Positions 1 to 8,608 of a stretch of DNA of 64,000 nucleotides are shown here, one piece after another. The notes below the pieces were generated by a model. The model saw only the letters and a program-made list of their open reading frames with translations. It made no database searches and was not told where the DNA came from. The DNA lies in the IMG/VR virus record IMGVR_UViG_3300020558_000217, positions 32,001 through 96,000 of that record. One strand, given 5' to 3'. The DNA is from a virus. Position 1 is the first letter of the stretch. The number at the start of each line of letters is the position of its first letter. The translations under genes were made by a program, and so were the position numbers.

Positions 1-136
1 CGAATTCGCCGTTATAACCGATAAGCGGATTTTCGCTTTCGCAACCAGCCCAGGTCTGGCGCTCAACGGCGTCTAGCGGCTTAAACTCGGTCTTAGCGAT
101 AAGAGAGAACAGTTCAGCTTGAGTCGGGTAGTTCAT
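1..136 (-). CDS. Hypothetical early protein, runs off the window (MNYPTQAELFSLIAKTEFKPLDAVERQTWAGCESENPLIG...)
   Basis: ATG at 136 preceded by AAGGAG RBS and a minus-strand promoter; open frame to the window edge; not in the ORF track. Confidence 0.75.
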   Translation of the reverse strand, partial: MNYPTQAELFSLIAKTEFKPLDAVERQTWAGCESENPLIGYNGEF

Positions 137-168
137 AGTTTTCTCCTTAGTTTCAACCTTATATTCTT

Positions 169-313
169 ATATTACCCTAAACCTAGAAAAAAGCAAGCGG
201 TATCTGAGCCATACGGGCACTTTTTTTTTAAAAAAAATTGGTTTACTTTCGAACGTAAACTTGATCGCTACAGCCCAGATACCGCTTGCCTTTTTTCTCG
301 AAACGGGTATACT
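169..313. promoter_or_regulatory. Divergent early promoter pair 1
   Basis: Minus strand: TTGCTT(196-191)-N16-TAATAT(174-169). Plus strand: TTGCCT(286-291)-N16-TATACT(308-313). Inverted CAGATACCGCTTGC copies flank a T/A palindrome at about 222-237. Confidence 0.75.
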
Positions 314-340
314 AAAAACTATAAACTGAAAGGAACTAAA

Positions 341-553
341 ATGGCTCTAATTAATATCAAAGGGGATACGTATATCAACACGGATTATATTGTATTAATA
401 ACCCCTGTTGAACATAACCAAACGAGTAACGTATATTATTATAAAATCCTAATTGATCACCAATTCGAGGAAGTATATATTCCTTTTTCGACTAAAGACG
501 AGGCAATAACTGATAAACATCGCCTGATTAATCTTATGGCAGGAGAGAAATAA
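341..553 (+). CDS. Hypothetical protein (70 aa)
   Basis: AAGGA RBS before ATG 341, downstream of a promoter; the longer ORF-track start at 119 overlaps the promoters. Confidence 0.7.
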   Translation: MALINIKGDTYINTDYIVLITPVEHNQTSNVYYYKILIDHQFEEVYIPFSTKDEAITDKHRLINLMAGEK

Positions 554-554
554 A

Positions 555-820
555 ATGGATAGAATTACACTTATTCCGTGTGAAAAGGCTGAAGCGGTTA
601 GAGACGCCTATACTAAAATTATGAAAGACTCCGGGTATCATATTATGAAGGTAAAAGAATAATGACCTACGTTCTAATCGCTCTTTTATATTATAAGGCG
701 GCAATTACGGCGGAGTTTAATTCGCTAGACAAATGTAAGGCGGCTGGTGAAGCCCTTATTCGTGTATACCCGGATAAGTATCACCAGTCTATGATTCATT
801 ACGTTTGTGTGGAGAAATAA
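555..820 (+). CDS. Two translationally coupled small ORFs (555-662, 35 aa; 662-820, 52 aa)
   Basis: AGGAG RBS and TAATG overlap; read by hand. Confidence 0.55.
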
Positions 821-821
821 A

Positions 822-1043
822 ATGACTATAATATGGAAAGCCGAATTAGATAACAAATATGATTGTAAGGTAGTTAGAATAAGAGATTACGTCGGTCTAT
901 TAACCGTAATTGATATTGATACTAAAGAAAAAATAATAGACGAGGAGGTTGATCTAACCTATAACGCTATAGTTGGCGCTGATATAATGGATATTAGTCT
1001 CTGGGAAGAGAAAATATTAAGCGTAATTGATGGGGGTTTTTAA
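822..1043 (+). CDS. Hypothetical protein (MTIIWKAELDNKYDC...)
   Basis: GGAG RBS before ATG 822. Confidence 0.7.
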   Translation: MTIIWKAELDNKYDCKVVRIRDYVGLLTVIDIDTKEKIIDEEVDLTYNAIVGADIMDISLWEEKILSVIDGGF

Positions 1044-1194
1044 TCCCGTTTTAGAAATCGATGCGTTATTCGGTCCGAGTAATCTCGTTAATGCGAGTTA
1101 ATGTGTGCTGATGCTCGTTGGTGTGTGTCGGTGTTGAACTTTATTATCAACCACACAACATCAGCAATTCTTAGTGAATTACTTTATTAATTAA

Positions 1195-1401
1195 TTACCT
1201 CCGAATTCTATTATATCGGGGGCAATTTTTATAATAGTTTAAAGGTTTATTATTATAAATTTCTAATTCGGTCGCTAAAACGGGGATCATCATTTCATTT
1301 TCTCCGTGATATATTAAACCTATCGGGCCGAATTTATTAACCCATGAATTAATAAAAGCCCAATTATTTGAACCTTTAAAGGGGAAATAAATCGCTTTCA
1401 T
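1195..1401 (-). CDS. Hypothetical protein (68 aa, MKAIYFPFKG...)
   Basis: GAAGGAG RBS and its own minus-strand promoter. Confidence 0.7.
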   Translation of the reverse strand: MKAIYFPFKGSNNWAFINSWVNKFGPIGLIYHGENEMMIPVLATELEIYNNKPLNYYKNCPRYNRIRR

Positions 1402-1426
1402 GGAGTTCTCCTTCAGTTTAGACCTT

Positions 1427-1518
1427 ATATTACCCCAAAGGCAATAAAAAGTCAATAGAAATATTTGATCGTTACAGCACAGTTTCCGCTTGACTTTTTC
1501 TTCGGGATCAGGTATAGT
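1427..1518. promoter_or_regulatory. Divergent early promoter pair 2
   Basis: Minus strand: TTGACT(1455-1450)-N17-TAATAT(1432-1427). Plus strand: TTGACT(1490-1495)-N17-TATAGT(1513-1518). Confidence 0.75.
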
Positions 1519-1596
1519 ATTAGGGAAGGCGGGAGGGAGGAGGCCACCAGCAGTTTACGTAAACGAAAAAAAGATCAGTTTACTATTACTTTTCGC

Positions 1597-1625
1597 TTGA
1601 CGAATTCTCAGAGAGTGGGTATAAT
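1597..1625 (+). promoter_or_regulatory. Early sigma70-type promoter
   Basis: TTGACG-N17-TATAAT. Confidence 0.85.
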
Positions 1626-1658
1626 CATATATGTAAGGTTGAAATAAAGGATTCGAAG

Positions 1659-1835
1659 ATGACTGTAGCTGAACTGATCGCTAAACTCCAAACTCTCCCC
1701 CAGGACTACGAAGTCGAAATGGGTATGAACCAGGAGTATCAGGAAGCGGTTACTGAGGATATGGTTGTTATAGAGGAATATCGTGGTCGTCGATATGTTA
1801 TTATTGATGACTGTGCTCGTTACAGAGGAGAATAA
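1659..1835 (+). CDS. Hypothetical protein (58 aa, MTVAELIAKLQTLPQDYEV...)
   Basis: AAAGGA RBS downstream of a promoter; common small phage protein N-terminus; below the ORF-track cutoff. Confidence 0.75.
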   Translation: MTVAELIAKLQTLPQDYEVEMGMNQEYQEAVTEDMVVIEEYRGRRYVIIDDCARYRGE

Positions 1836-2290
1836 TATGAGACTCAATAGACTTGACACTGATACGCTGGTCCAATTGACTGCTCTGGGTATTGTGACGT
1901 TTGGATTAGCATTAGGGCTGGCACTGATTGCTTATCTCGATGGAGGAATGTGATATGGTAGTATATGTTAATCATCTGATGATATACGCTGATCTCGGTG
2001 TGTTTGGTCATGTTGTGGCATATGCTGCTAATAGTGATCATCAATCTTATTGGGTTGTTCCTGGAACGTTGGAGGATTGATATGATTAAGACGTATGATC
2101 TCTATCTTTATTTCAACGGGTATTCGAAAGAGTATCATAATATATCTCGCGTGGCAGTCAAGTACTATATTGACTGGTATAAAGAGAGTGCTGCATTCTT
2201 CGGGTATGACGTGCAGGATCATGAATCGTTGGTAAGTAACTGAAAACACTAGGTAAAGTCATTTTTCTTCAGAAATTTGACTTTAGGGGC

Positions 2291-2319
2291 TTGACGAATA
2301 TCGAAATCCGAGGTATACT
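2291..2319 (+). promoter_or_regulatory. Early sigma70-type promoter
   Basis: TTGACG-N17-TATACT. Confidence 0.85.
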
Positions 2320-2344
2320 GGTAATATAGTGAGACAGGAGATAG

Positions 2345-2842
2345 ATGATGGCTACGAAGACTGAAATCGTGATTCGCATTATGAAGGATAACCAGGGCAA
2401 GGCGATGGCCGATGTCCTCCCGTTGCTGATGGCTGAGTTCGGCTGGACTGAGAAGAACGCTCGTGCAGCGTATGCTCTCCGTGTTAAGGCTGATCCTTCG
2501 CTCGGCACTGTCCAGAAGGCTGCTCGTGCTGCTGCTCCGGCCAAGGCTGCTAAGGGACCGAAGCTGGTTAAGGTGCCGAAGCCCAAGGTGCAGGGCGATA
2601 AGCCGAAGGTTACTGACAAGACTGTCGAGGAACTGCAGGATATCCGTAACAAGAATCTTGCTCGTCTCAAGGCTGTCGGTCGTAAGTATATGAAGGGACA
2701 GTATGCCGAGCCGGAAGCAGCTGGTGTTCCGAACTTCGATGCGGATGAAGCTCGCCAGTATGTCGAGGATGTCACGAATGATCTCGAGTCCTTCAAGTCT
2801 CCTCGCTTTCTGAATATGGACCAGGTTAAGGCCCTGGTCTAA
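2345..2842 (+). CDS. Basic hypothetical protein with an Ala/Lys/Pro-rich (histone-like) linker
   Basis: AGGAG RBS; biased codon usage; KAARAAAPAKAAKGPKLVKVPKPK segment. Confidence 0.85.
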   Translation: MMATKTEIVIRIMKDNQGKAMADVLPLLMAEFGWTEKNARAAYALRVKADPSLGTVQKAARAAAPAKAAKGPKLVKVPKPKVQGDKPKVTDKTVEELQDIRNKNLARLKAVGRKYMKGQYAEPEAAGVPNFDADEARQYVEDVTNDLESFKSPRFLNMDQVKALV

Positions 2843-2928
2843 TCTCTCCGAGTGCTGGCCCTTGATCCAGTGGCTCAGAGTTGGGTGGATTGTCAGTGAC
2901 TGGGTCGACGAGAGCCGACGATCCACCC

Positions 2929-3091
2929 ATTATACTCTATTTTTAAAAAAAGTCAATATTTAAGTCGTTTACGTTCGTCCATCGTTGTCTCCGCGGAGCT
3001 CCAGGTGGCGTTTACGTAAACGACATTTTTTTAAAATATTTGGCGTTACAGCACAGATATCGCTTGCCTTTTCCCGAGAATAGGGTATACT
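2929..3091. promoter_or_regulatory. Divergent promoter pair 3 with a central palindrome CGTTTACGTAAACG (3009-3022)
   Basis: Minus strand: TTGACT(2956-2951)-N16-TATAAT(2934-2929). Plus strand: TTGCCT(3064-3069)-N16-TATACT(3086-3091). Confidence 0.7.
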
Positions 3092-3117
3092 GGTAATATG
3101 GTGATGGAGGATTAATC

Positions 3118-3318
3118 ATGGAAGTCTACGTTCTGCTCGGACACATCGAATATGAAGATACGATGCTCCTGGGCGTTTATCACACGCAAGAGGATGCTGA
3201 GTTTCACAAGGAAGTGTATATCAACAAACAGGGTATACTCGCATTCGATAGCTACTCGATCGAAAGTCGAGTGATCGGTGCTCGTGCCTTTGGTGAATAT
3301 GATCAGGAGGCTGTATAA
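3118..3318 (+). CDS. Hypothetical phage protein (MEVYVLLG...)
   Basis: GGAGG RBS downstream of a promoter. Confidence 0.75.
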   Translation: MEVYVLLGHIEYEDTMLLGVYHTQEDAEFHKEVYINKQGILAFDSYSIESRVIGARAFGEYDQEAV

Positions 3319-3613
3319 TGTATAATATCCCAGTTCACATCATTGCCCAGATCAACAACTGGGCTGAGCATCAGCTGATTTGGCACGGTGTTTGTGTGTG
3401 GTTATATTCCGATCTTATCTCTAATGCGGAGAACCGTTAATGGCTCAGGACAAGTTTCGTAAGATCATAACTGGATCTAAAGCATACGTAGCCCGTGTCG
3501 CGAAAGAGTGGCAGTTCTATGGCTATGTTGTAGTTAAGTCCAAGCTGTGGAGCGATGGTAAGTATACTATCGTCATGGAGAAGCGGCCCGAGTCAGTTTT
3601 TTAAAAATATCGC

Positions 3614-3642
3614 TTGCCTTTTTTCCGGATCCGGGGTATACT
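3614..3642 (+). promoter_or_regulatory. Early promoter
   Basis: TTGCCT-N17-TATACT with the shared CGCTTG...GGTATACTG context. Confidence 0.75.
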
Positions 3643-3759
3643 GAGAATAGTTGATAACGCTAGTCGCTGGAGAACTGAGATGGCTGACTTCGACTTTGCT
3701 GTATTTACCCGTGAGACCGAAATCATATGGCTTGGACATATCCTGTGGGAGCACTACCT

Positions 3760-3945
3760 ATGACAGCGATCGCGACTGAGGACCAAATCGAACGTATCGT
3801 CGAACGTCAAATGGACAAACTCGACCTACAGTATACCAAGGGTATGCTGACCAACGACGAGTATAACCAAGAGGTGCTTGAGCTTGACCGTTGGGCGAGA
3901 GATCAACATCGACTATCTCGAGCTCGGCAGTATAGAGAATGGTAG
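3760..3945 (+). CDS. Hypothetical protein (MTAIATEDQIERIV...)
   Basis: ORF track; GGGAG RBS favours ATG 3760. Confidence 0.6.
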   Translation: MTAIATEDQIERIVERQMDKLDLQYTKGMLTNDEYNQEVLELDRWARDQHRLSRARQYREW

Positions 3946-4023
3946 CCCATGTGAATCACTATTCTCTCTGGAGAGCTCTCATGCACTCTCAGAAAAATAA
4001 TATCGCCACCGAGAAGATTTTGC

Positions 4024-4052
4024 TTGACATTGGGCGCTTTTGGTGGTATGAT
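4024..4052 (+). promoter_or_regulatory. Early promoter
   Basis: TTGACA-N17-TATGAT. Confidence 0.75.
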
Positions 4053-4085
4053 GGATACGATGGGTTTCAAACGGATCACTAGGAG

Positions 4086-4196
4086 ATGAAGATGGAATAT
4101 ATGGCTCTGTTCGTGCTTGGTATTGCCTATGGATTTTGGATCCAGTTGTATGTGGATGTGATTCGGTATCGTCGAAAGATGTTTTCACGTAAGTAG
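4086..4196 (+). CDS. Small membrane protein (hydrophobic helix, basic tail)
   Basis: AGGAG RBS; MKMEYMALFVLGIAYGFWIQLYVDVIRYRRKMFSRK; the start could be 4092. Confidence 0.55.
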   Translation: MKMEYMALFVLGIAYGFWIQLYVDVIRYRRKMFSRK

Positions 4197-4384
4197 GAAG
4201 ACATCGAAAAAACGGTCGCACCTTTAGAAAAATCGGGTTTTTGTGGGCGGGGGACCCTAAGCGTTGCATTTATTCCACACACAACCACACGCCTTAAAGT
4301 TCGTCCATAGACTCTCTAAAGGTCACGATGACTTCTAAAAAAATCCGCAACAAAATTTTCACACTTTTAAAGTTCGAGGATAAC

Positions 4385-4606
4385 ATGTCAGTAATCAAGT
4401 GTAAAGTTACTCAGCCATATATTGAACGTTCTCTGTCTGGCGATTTCACATGGCATGTGTATAATGAAAAGACAGGGCATATCGTGGCCTCTACCTATAA
4501 TGAGGAAATGGCGGGAACCATTCTCTTTGCTATAATAGAATCTGGTTATTATAAAGATGAATATGCAATTACCGAATCATGGAAATCACCGGAGCCATTG
4601 GTATGA
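4385..4606 (+). CDS. Hypothetical protein
   Basis: GAGGA RBS before the MSVIKC start; ORF track 4328-4606. Confidence 0.6.
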   Translation: MSVIKCKVTQPYIERSLSGDFTWHVYNEKTGHIVASTYNEEMAGTILFAIIESGYYKDEYAITESWKSPEPLV

Positions 4607-4718
4607 TTGATTTTCTCTGGACCTATGTCTTATGGCCACTGGGTCTCCTGTTGGTTGCGCTTTTGTTCGCTTCGGTGTTCTTTGGTAAAAATGACGATGA
4701 TAGGAATGTGGGGTAATT

Positions 4719-4988
4719 ATGACCAACGAAGAACTTGTGGAACGTCTTCGTAGTGAGACATGTTCTAAGGCTGATATAGAAGAAGCTGCTAATCGAATAG
4801 AAAAGATGAACTACTTTCTTCGACACAATGCTTTTGCCGAAAAGCAATTTGGTGTATACTTCATTTGTGGTGCAGCAGGCGAGAAAGATAAGAATGGTGT
4901 TCCTGAAGAGGTGTATATCTGTCCTGCTTATGGATCAGATGTATCATATGTGTTTACTCGTGGCGGAACATTCGCACCGGAGTGGTAA
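4719..4988 (+). CDS. Hypothetical protein, paralog of 6253-6510
   Basis: Shared C-G...G-x-P-E-E-V-x-I-C-P-A-[YF]-G motif. Confidence 0.75.
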   Translation: MTNEELVERLRSETCSKADIEEAANRIEKMNYFLRHNAFAEKQFGVYFICGAAGEKDKNGVPEEVYICPAYGSDVSYVFTRGGTFAPEW

Positions 4989-5198
4989 ATGACTGATAAT
5001 ACAAATTCAAAACTATTCAAAGAGTTTCATAAACAATATGAACATGCGGATTTTGTAGATGAGCTCCTAAAGCATTTACGTCAAGGATTACGATATCTCG
5101 ATATGCGCCAAACTCATTATATGGACTTCCCCATGGATAAGGAAATGTATACGTTTTTGATCGATCTGATAGAAGAGAAATATGGAAATGAACATTGA
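4989..5198 (+). CDS. Hypothetical protein
   Basis: ORF abuts the upstream gene; GGAG RBS. Confidence 0.65.
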   Translation: MTDNTNSKLFKEFHKQYEHADFVDELLKHLRQGLRYLDMRQTHYMDFPMDKEMYTFLIDLIEEKYGNEH

Positions 5199-5327
5199 TA
5201 TATATTGTTAATGTATCATTGCTCGCTAGATCCAATCGTGAGTATTGGTGCTGTGAATATGTTATCACTTACATCGGCTCCGCTGATTGCCCTGCTAGTG
5301 ACTCCGAATTACGTATAGGTGAAATAG

Positions 5328-5540
5328 ATGGTTGCTCTTAAATTTATGATCATATGCTTGGTGGCTTTGACAGTGGGTTTGTTCATTGGGTTTAATATCG
5401 AAATGTTTTCAGGTCCCACTCCATCTGAAGTTTATATGAAGGCATGTCGTGATGCTGGTGGTATTCCAGTTATCGTGGCAAGAGGATCTAATGTCTGTAT
5501 CAATCCTGGTGCTGTCATAAAGGATATGGGTAATGACTGA
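5328..5540 (+). CDS. Small membrane-anchored protein
   Basis: N-terminal hydrophobic helix; two downstream Cys. Confidence 0.65.
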   Translation: MVALKFMIICLVALTVGLFIGFNIEMFSGPTPSEVYMKACRDAGGIPVIVARGSNVCINPGAVIKDMGND

Positions 5541-5721
5541 TTATACTAAACTCAGCGATGAAGAACTTTCAGTTCAGTTTGAAATTCTCTGGGCCAGGTA
5601 TATGTATTACCAGGCTGCTGAAGGTAATTGGAATCAAGAAACAGAGGCTCGTGGTAGAGCTACTAAGCAATACTGGGAATGTTTAGCAGAATGCAAGGAA
5701 CGTGGGCTTGAGGTGTATTAG
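5533..5721 (+). CDS. Hypothetical protein
   Basis: ORF overlapping the upstream stop; AAGGA RBS. Confidence 0.65.
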   Translation: MTDYTKLSDEELSVQFEILWARYMYYQAAEGNWNQETEARGRATKQYWECLAECKERGLEVY

Positions 5722-5974
5722 AAAATATAACATAAGCTCAATGCTTAATCCTCTGATCGCCATGCCGAAAGGAGCGAAGATACTCAAACTTGCGAATAAA
5801 AAGTCAAACCCCTTTATTTGGGCAGAGGTGGATACTTCGAAACCGATTGTAAAAAGATTAGTTCGAACTTTTGAGACTGACCAAGAATTGCCAGATGAGC
5901 CAGGTCTCTACTTGGGCACTGTGGAGGTTCTTGGTATGATCTTTCATTGTTTCGATGGTGGAGAGCGAATGTAG
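5702..5974 (+). CDS. Conserved small phage protein (MPKGAKIL...IWAEVD...YLGTV...FHCF)
   Basis: Recognisable phage hypothetical family pattern; start uncertain. Confidence 0.65.
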   Translation: MGLRCIRKYNISSMLNPLIAMPKGAKILKLANKKSNPFIWAEVDTSKPIVKRLVRTFETDQELPDEPGLYLGTVEVLGMIFHCFDGGERM

Positions 5975-5984
5975 ACCGTCTCTA

Positions 5985-5992
5985 TATAAATA
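5985..5992 (+). promoter_or_regulatory. T4-type late promoter
   Basis: TATAAATA in the intergenic gap before 6019. Confidence 0.65.
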
Positions 5993-6018
5993 CCTTGTCT
6001 TAGTATAAGGAGATAATT

Positions 6019-6246
6019 ATGACTGTTAGTAAAAAAGAAATTGTAGAACGTATTGATGCTCTAAAGAAATGGCAAGAACTTAATTCGGAAAAAATTAATT
6101 CTGAACCGTTCGTTGAAGGATATAATTCTGCTGTTAACTCTGAAATTCTATTTCTTACTGAGCAATTAGGAGCTATACTAGAAGTATCTGAAGATGTGGT
6201 AGAAACGAAACGTCCTTCTAGATCGAGAAAGACTCCTACTCAATAA
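6019..6246 (+). CDS. Hypothetical protein
   Basis: AAGGAG RBS. Confidence 0.7.
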   Translation: MTVSKKEIVERIDALKKWQELNSEKINSEPFVEGYNSAVNSEILFLTEQLGAILEVSEDVVETKRPSRSRKTPTQ

Positions 6247-6252
6247 AAAGGA

Positions 6253-6510
6253 TTGATTATGAGCGAAAAATTGACAAATGATGAAAGAAAAAAATACATA
6301 GACCATATTGAAACGCTTCAAGAAGAAAATGCATTCATGAAAAAGGTTCTAAAACACATTTTTCCCGAAAAATCTGATGCATACTATCTTTGCGGAGAAA
6401 AAGGTGATAAAAATGAGCTTGGGCTTCCGGAAGAAGTTGTAATTTGTCCTGCGTTTGGTAAACAAGAACTAGTTACATACAAAAGGCAAGAAGGAGAAAC
6501 CAATGGCTAA
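6253..6510 (+). CDS. Hypothetical protein, paralog of 4719-4988 (likely start 6259)
   Basis: YYLCGEKGDKNELGLPEEVVICPAFG motif. Confidence 0.75.
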   Translation: MIMSEKLTNDERKKYIDHIETLQEENAFMKKVLKHIFPEKSDAYYLCGEKGDKNELGLPEEVVICPAFGKQELVTYKRQEGETNG

Positions 6511-6691
6511 GGAAAAAAAGTATACTCAGTCGAAGGTTTTTGAGTTTAAACCCGCTGAAAACATCACCGAAGCCGAAATTATTGAATTATCCGAGCTAAT
6601 TCGCATCGGAGTAAGCGGAGAGATCCTAGATAAGGCCTCTCCAAACCTAAAAAAGCACTTTTTTGAGGTAAAAGACAAAAAAGCTGCGTAA
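6503..6691 (+). CDS. Hypothetical protein
   Basis: AAGGAG RBS. Confidence 0.7.
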   Translation: MAKEKKYTQSKVFEFKPAENITEAEIIELSELIRIGVSGEILDKASPNLKKHFFEVKDKKAA

Positions 6692-6708
6692 TTAGTGGAG
6701 TATTTGTA

Positions 6709-6864
6709 ATGAAATTGATTGCTGCGATCGTTTATATGTGCATTGCTGGTGTTTGCACCGAACAGCACGTCGAAATCGAGCCCAAAGCATGCAAAATTGG
6801 CACTCTTCATGGTAAAGTAATGGGAACTGACGCCAAATTTGGTGTTCGATGCCAGGGATCATAG
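6709..6864 (+). CDS. Small Cys-rich, probably exported protein (51 aa)
   Basis: GGAG RBS; MKLIAAIVYMCIAGVC..., 4 Cys; read by hand. Confidence 0.6.
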   Translation: MKLIAAIVYMCIAGVCTEQHVEIEPKACKIGTLHGKVMGTDAKFGVRCQGS

Positions 6865-6866
6865 TC

Positions 6867-7187
6867 ATGAGTGCTAAAATTATCCCCTTTCCTAAAACGC
6901 AAAAGCAGTTAGAAGTAGAAACTATGAAAGACTTTGTTAATAAAGCAAAGACTGTGATTGCTCAATCTATTGCTGAAGACATGAAGCGTTATGATGTCCC
7001 TAATGTTTTTGGTGTTCCGGTTGAAGATCCAAAAACTCGTGGCCAATACCAGAATATTTTAAAACAGTTTTTAGATCCTGAAGATTATATGGATATTCTT
7101 TGTGGAATTATGGACCGAGATCATTATGATGCGCTTGAGCGTCCTCTTCAAAAGATTATCGATGCATACTATTCGTTCCCAAAATGA
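6867..7187 (+). CDS. Hypothetical protein (MSAKIIPFPK...)
   Basis: Typical phage N-terminal IIPFP motif. Confidence 0.7.
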   Translation: MSAKIIPFPKTQKQLEVETMKDFVNKAKTVIAQSIAEDMKRYDVPNVFGVPVEDPKTRGQYQNILKQFLDPEDYMDILCGIMDRDHYDALERPLQKIIDAYYSFPK

Positions 7188-7571
7188 GTGAAAGAAAAAG
7201 AGTTTTTCTAGAAACTCTGTTCATTTTTGGGTTTATAACAATTCCCTATTTGGATGCAATATATATAACACCAGGTATTAAAGAATCTGGTATTCGTATG
7301 GAAATCCAGTGCCACGATGACCCTAAAAATTGTTGGATTCAAAACAAGGACAAACGACATGCATGATTGGCAGTATACTAATCAGTTTTTTCTCGAAGGC
7401 AGAAATCATTATGATTCGGGTGGATCAATTAAAGATTGTCCATATAACTATTTAATAGTAGATCAGAGTAACGAAAAACTCGTGCAGTCTGAACATTATC
7501 GAGAAAGAGAGTGGTATGCTGGGTTCCATCAAGCATTTTTAGATTCTCTCGAAGCCAAAAAAATCGCTTGA
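7184..7571 (+). CDS. Two small hypothetical proteins (7184-7366 membrane protein; about 7359-7571)
   Basis: ORF track; overlapping start/stop arrangement. Confidence 0.55.
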
Positions 7572-7596
7572 CTTTTTAAAAATACCGAGCTATACT
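7568..7596 (+). promoter_or_regulatory. Early promoter
   Basis: TTGACT-N17-TATACT. Confidence 0.85.
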
Positions 7597-7630
7597 ATGT
7601 TTATGATGGTTGATGTGAAGGAGATGTGTT

Positions 7631-8608
7631 ATGGCTCACGAAATTGAATTTGTTGATGGTATCGCTCAAATGGCATATGCTGGGGCTGTTCCTTGGCATG
7701 GTCTAGGCGTAAAGGTTCCGGCTGATCTTACGCCGGAACAGATGCTCGAGGCTGCTGGTTTGGACTGGGTGGTGCAGAAGTTTCCGACTTTTGCTATTCT
7801 CGACGAAAATGATCCGGATAGCGTAATCGAGACAAAGCAGTCTGCTCTTGTTCGTATGAAGGATAAGAAGCTGCTCGATGTCGTCTCTGACGATTGGAAC
7901 CCTGTTCAGAACGCCGAGGCTTTCGACTTCTTCAACGAATTCGTTATGGCTGGCGATATGGAGATGCATACTGCTGGCTCTCTGAAGGGCGGACAGATCG
8001 TTTGGGGTCTTGCCAAGGTTAAGGAGTCATTTGAACTCTTTAAGGGCGATCAGATCGATTCCTATCTTCTGTTCTCTAATTTCCATAAGTATGGGTTTTC
8101 TACAGACGTTCGGTTCACTCCGATCCGTGTAGTTTGTAATAATACTCTTACCTTGTCTCTCAGCTCGTCGGTAGAACGGATGGCTAAGATTTCTCACCGT
8201 AAGCAGTTTAATCCTGCTAACGTAAAGGATATGCTTGGTATTGCTACCGATAAGCTGCAGAAGTATAAGGAGATGGCTCAGTTTCTTGGGTCTAAGAAGG
8301 CTAAGACCGAGTCAATTGTCGAATACTTTGAGCGTATCTTTCCGCTTGCTGGTGCGACTACCGAAGATAAGGCAGAAGGTAAGCGTTCGAAGAATGCCAA
8401 TATTGCTCTTGGTATTCTTGATACGCAGCCTGGTAGCGAGTATGCTCAGGGAAGCTGGTGGCAGCCGTTTAATGCTGTTACTTTTATGACCGATCATGTT
8501 CTCGGTCGTTCAGCTGACACTCGTCTCCAGTCTGCTTGGTATGGTTACAACAAGGGTCTAAAGACAAAGGCTCTTGAACTCGCTGTTGAGATGGCCGAAG
8601 CCGCTTGA
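7631..8608 (+). CDS. DUF932/DUF945-family (TIGR03299 phage/plasmid-like) protein
   Basis: PWHGLG, PVQNAEAF, TAGSLKGG, TPIRVVCNNTL motifs. Confidence 0.9.
   Translation: MAHEIEFVDGIAQMAYAGAVPWHGLGVKVPADLTPEQMLEAAGLDWVVQKFPTFAILDENDPDSVIETKQSALVRMKDKKLLDVVSDDWNPVQNAEAFDFFNEFVMAGDMEMHTAGSLKGGQIVWGLAKVKESFELFKGDQIDSYLLFSNFHKYGFSTDVRFTPIRVVCNNTLTLSLSSSVERMAKISHRKQFNPANVKDMLGIATDKLQKYKEMAQFLGSKKAKTESIVEYFERIFPLAGATTEDKAEGKRSKNANIALGILDTQPGSEYAQGSWWQPFNAVTFMTDHVLGRSADTRLQSAWYGYNKGLKTKALELAVEMAEAA

Noticed and set aside
119-340. N-terminal extension of ORF 119-553
   Set aside because: It spans the divergent promoters; the RBS supports ATG 341
2249-2926. 225-aa and 175-aa minus-strand ORFs
   Set aside because: These are antisense shadows of the codon-biased 2345-2842 gene. 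They have no RBS, and the longer ORF's start lies too close to the -10 box to be transcribed
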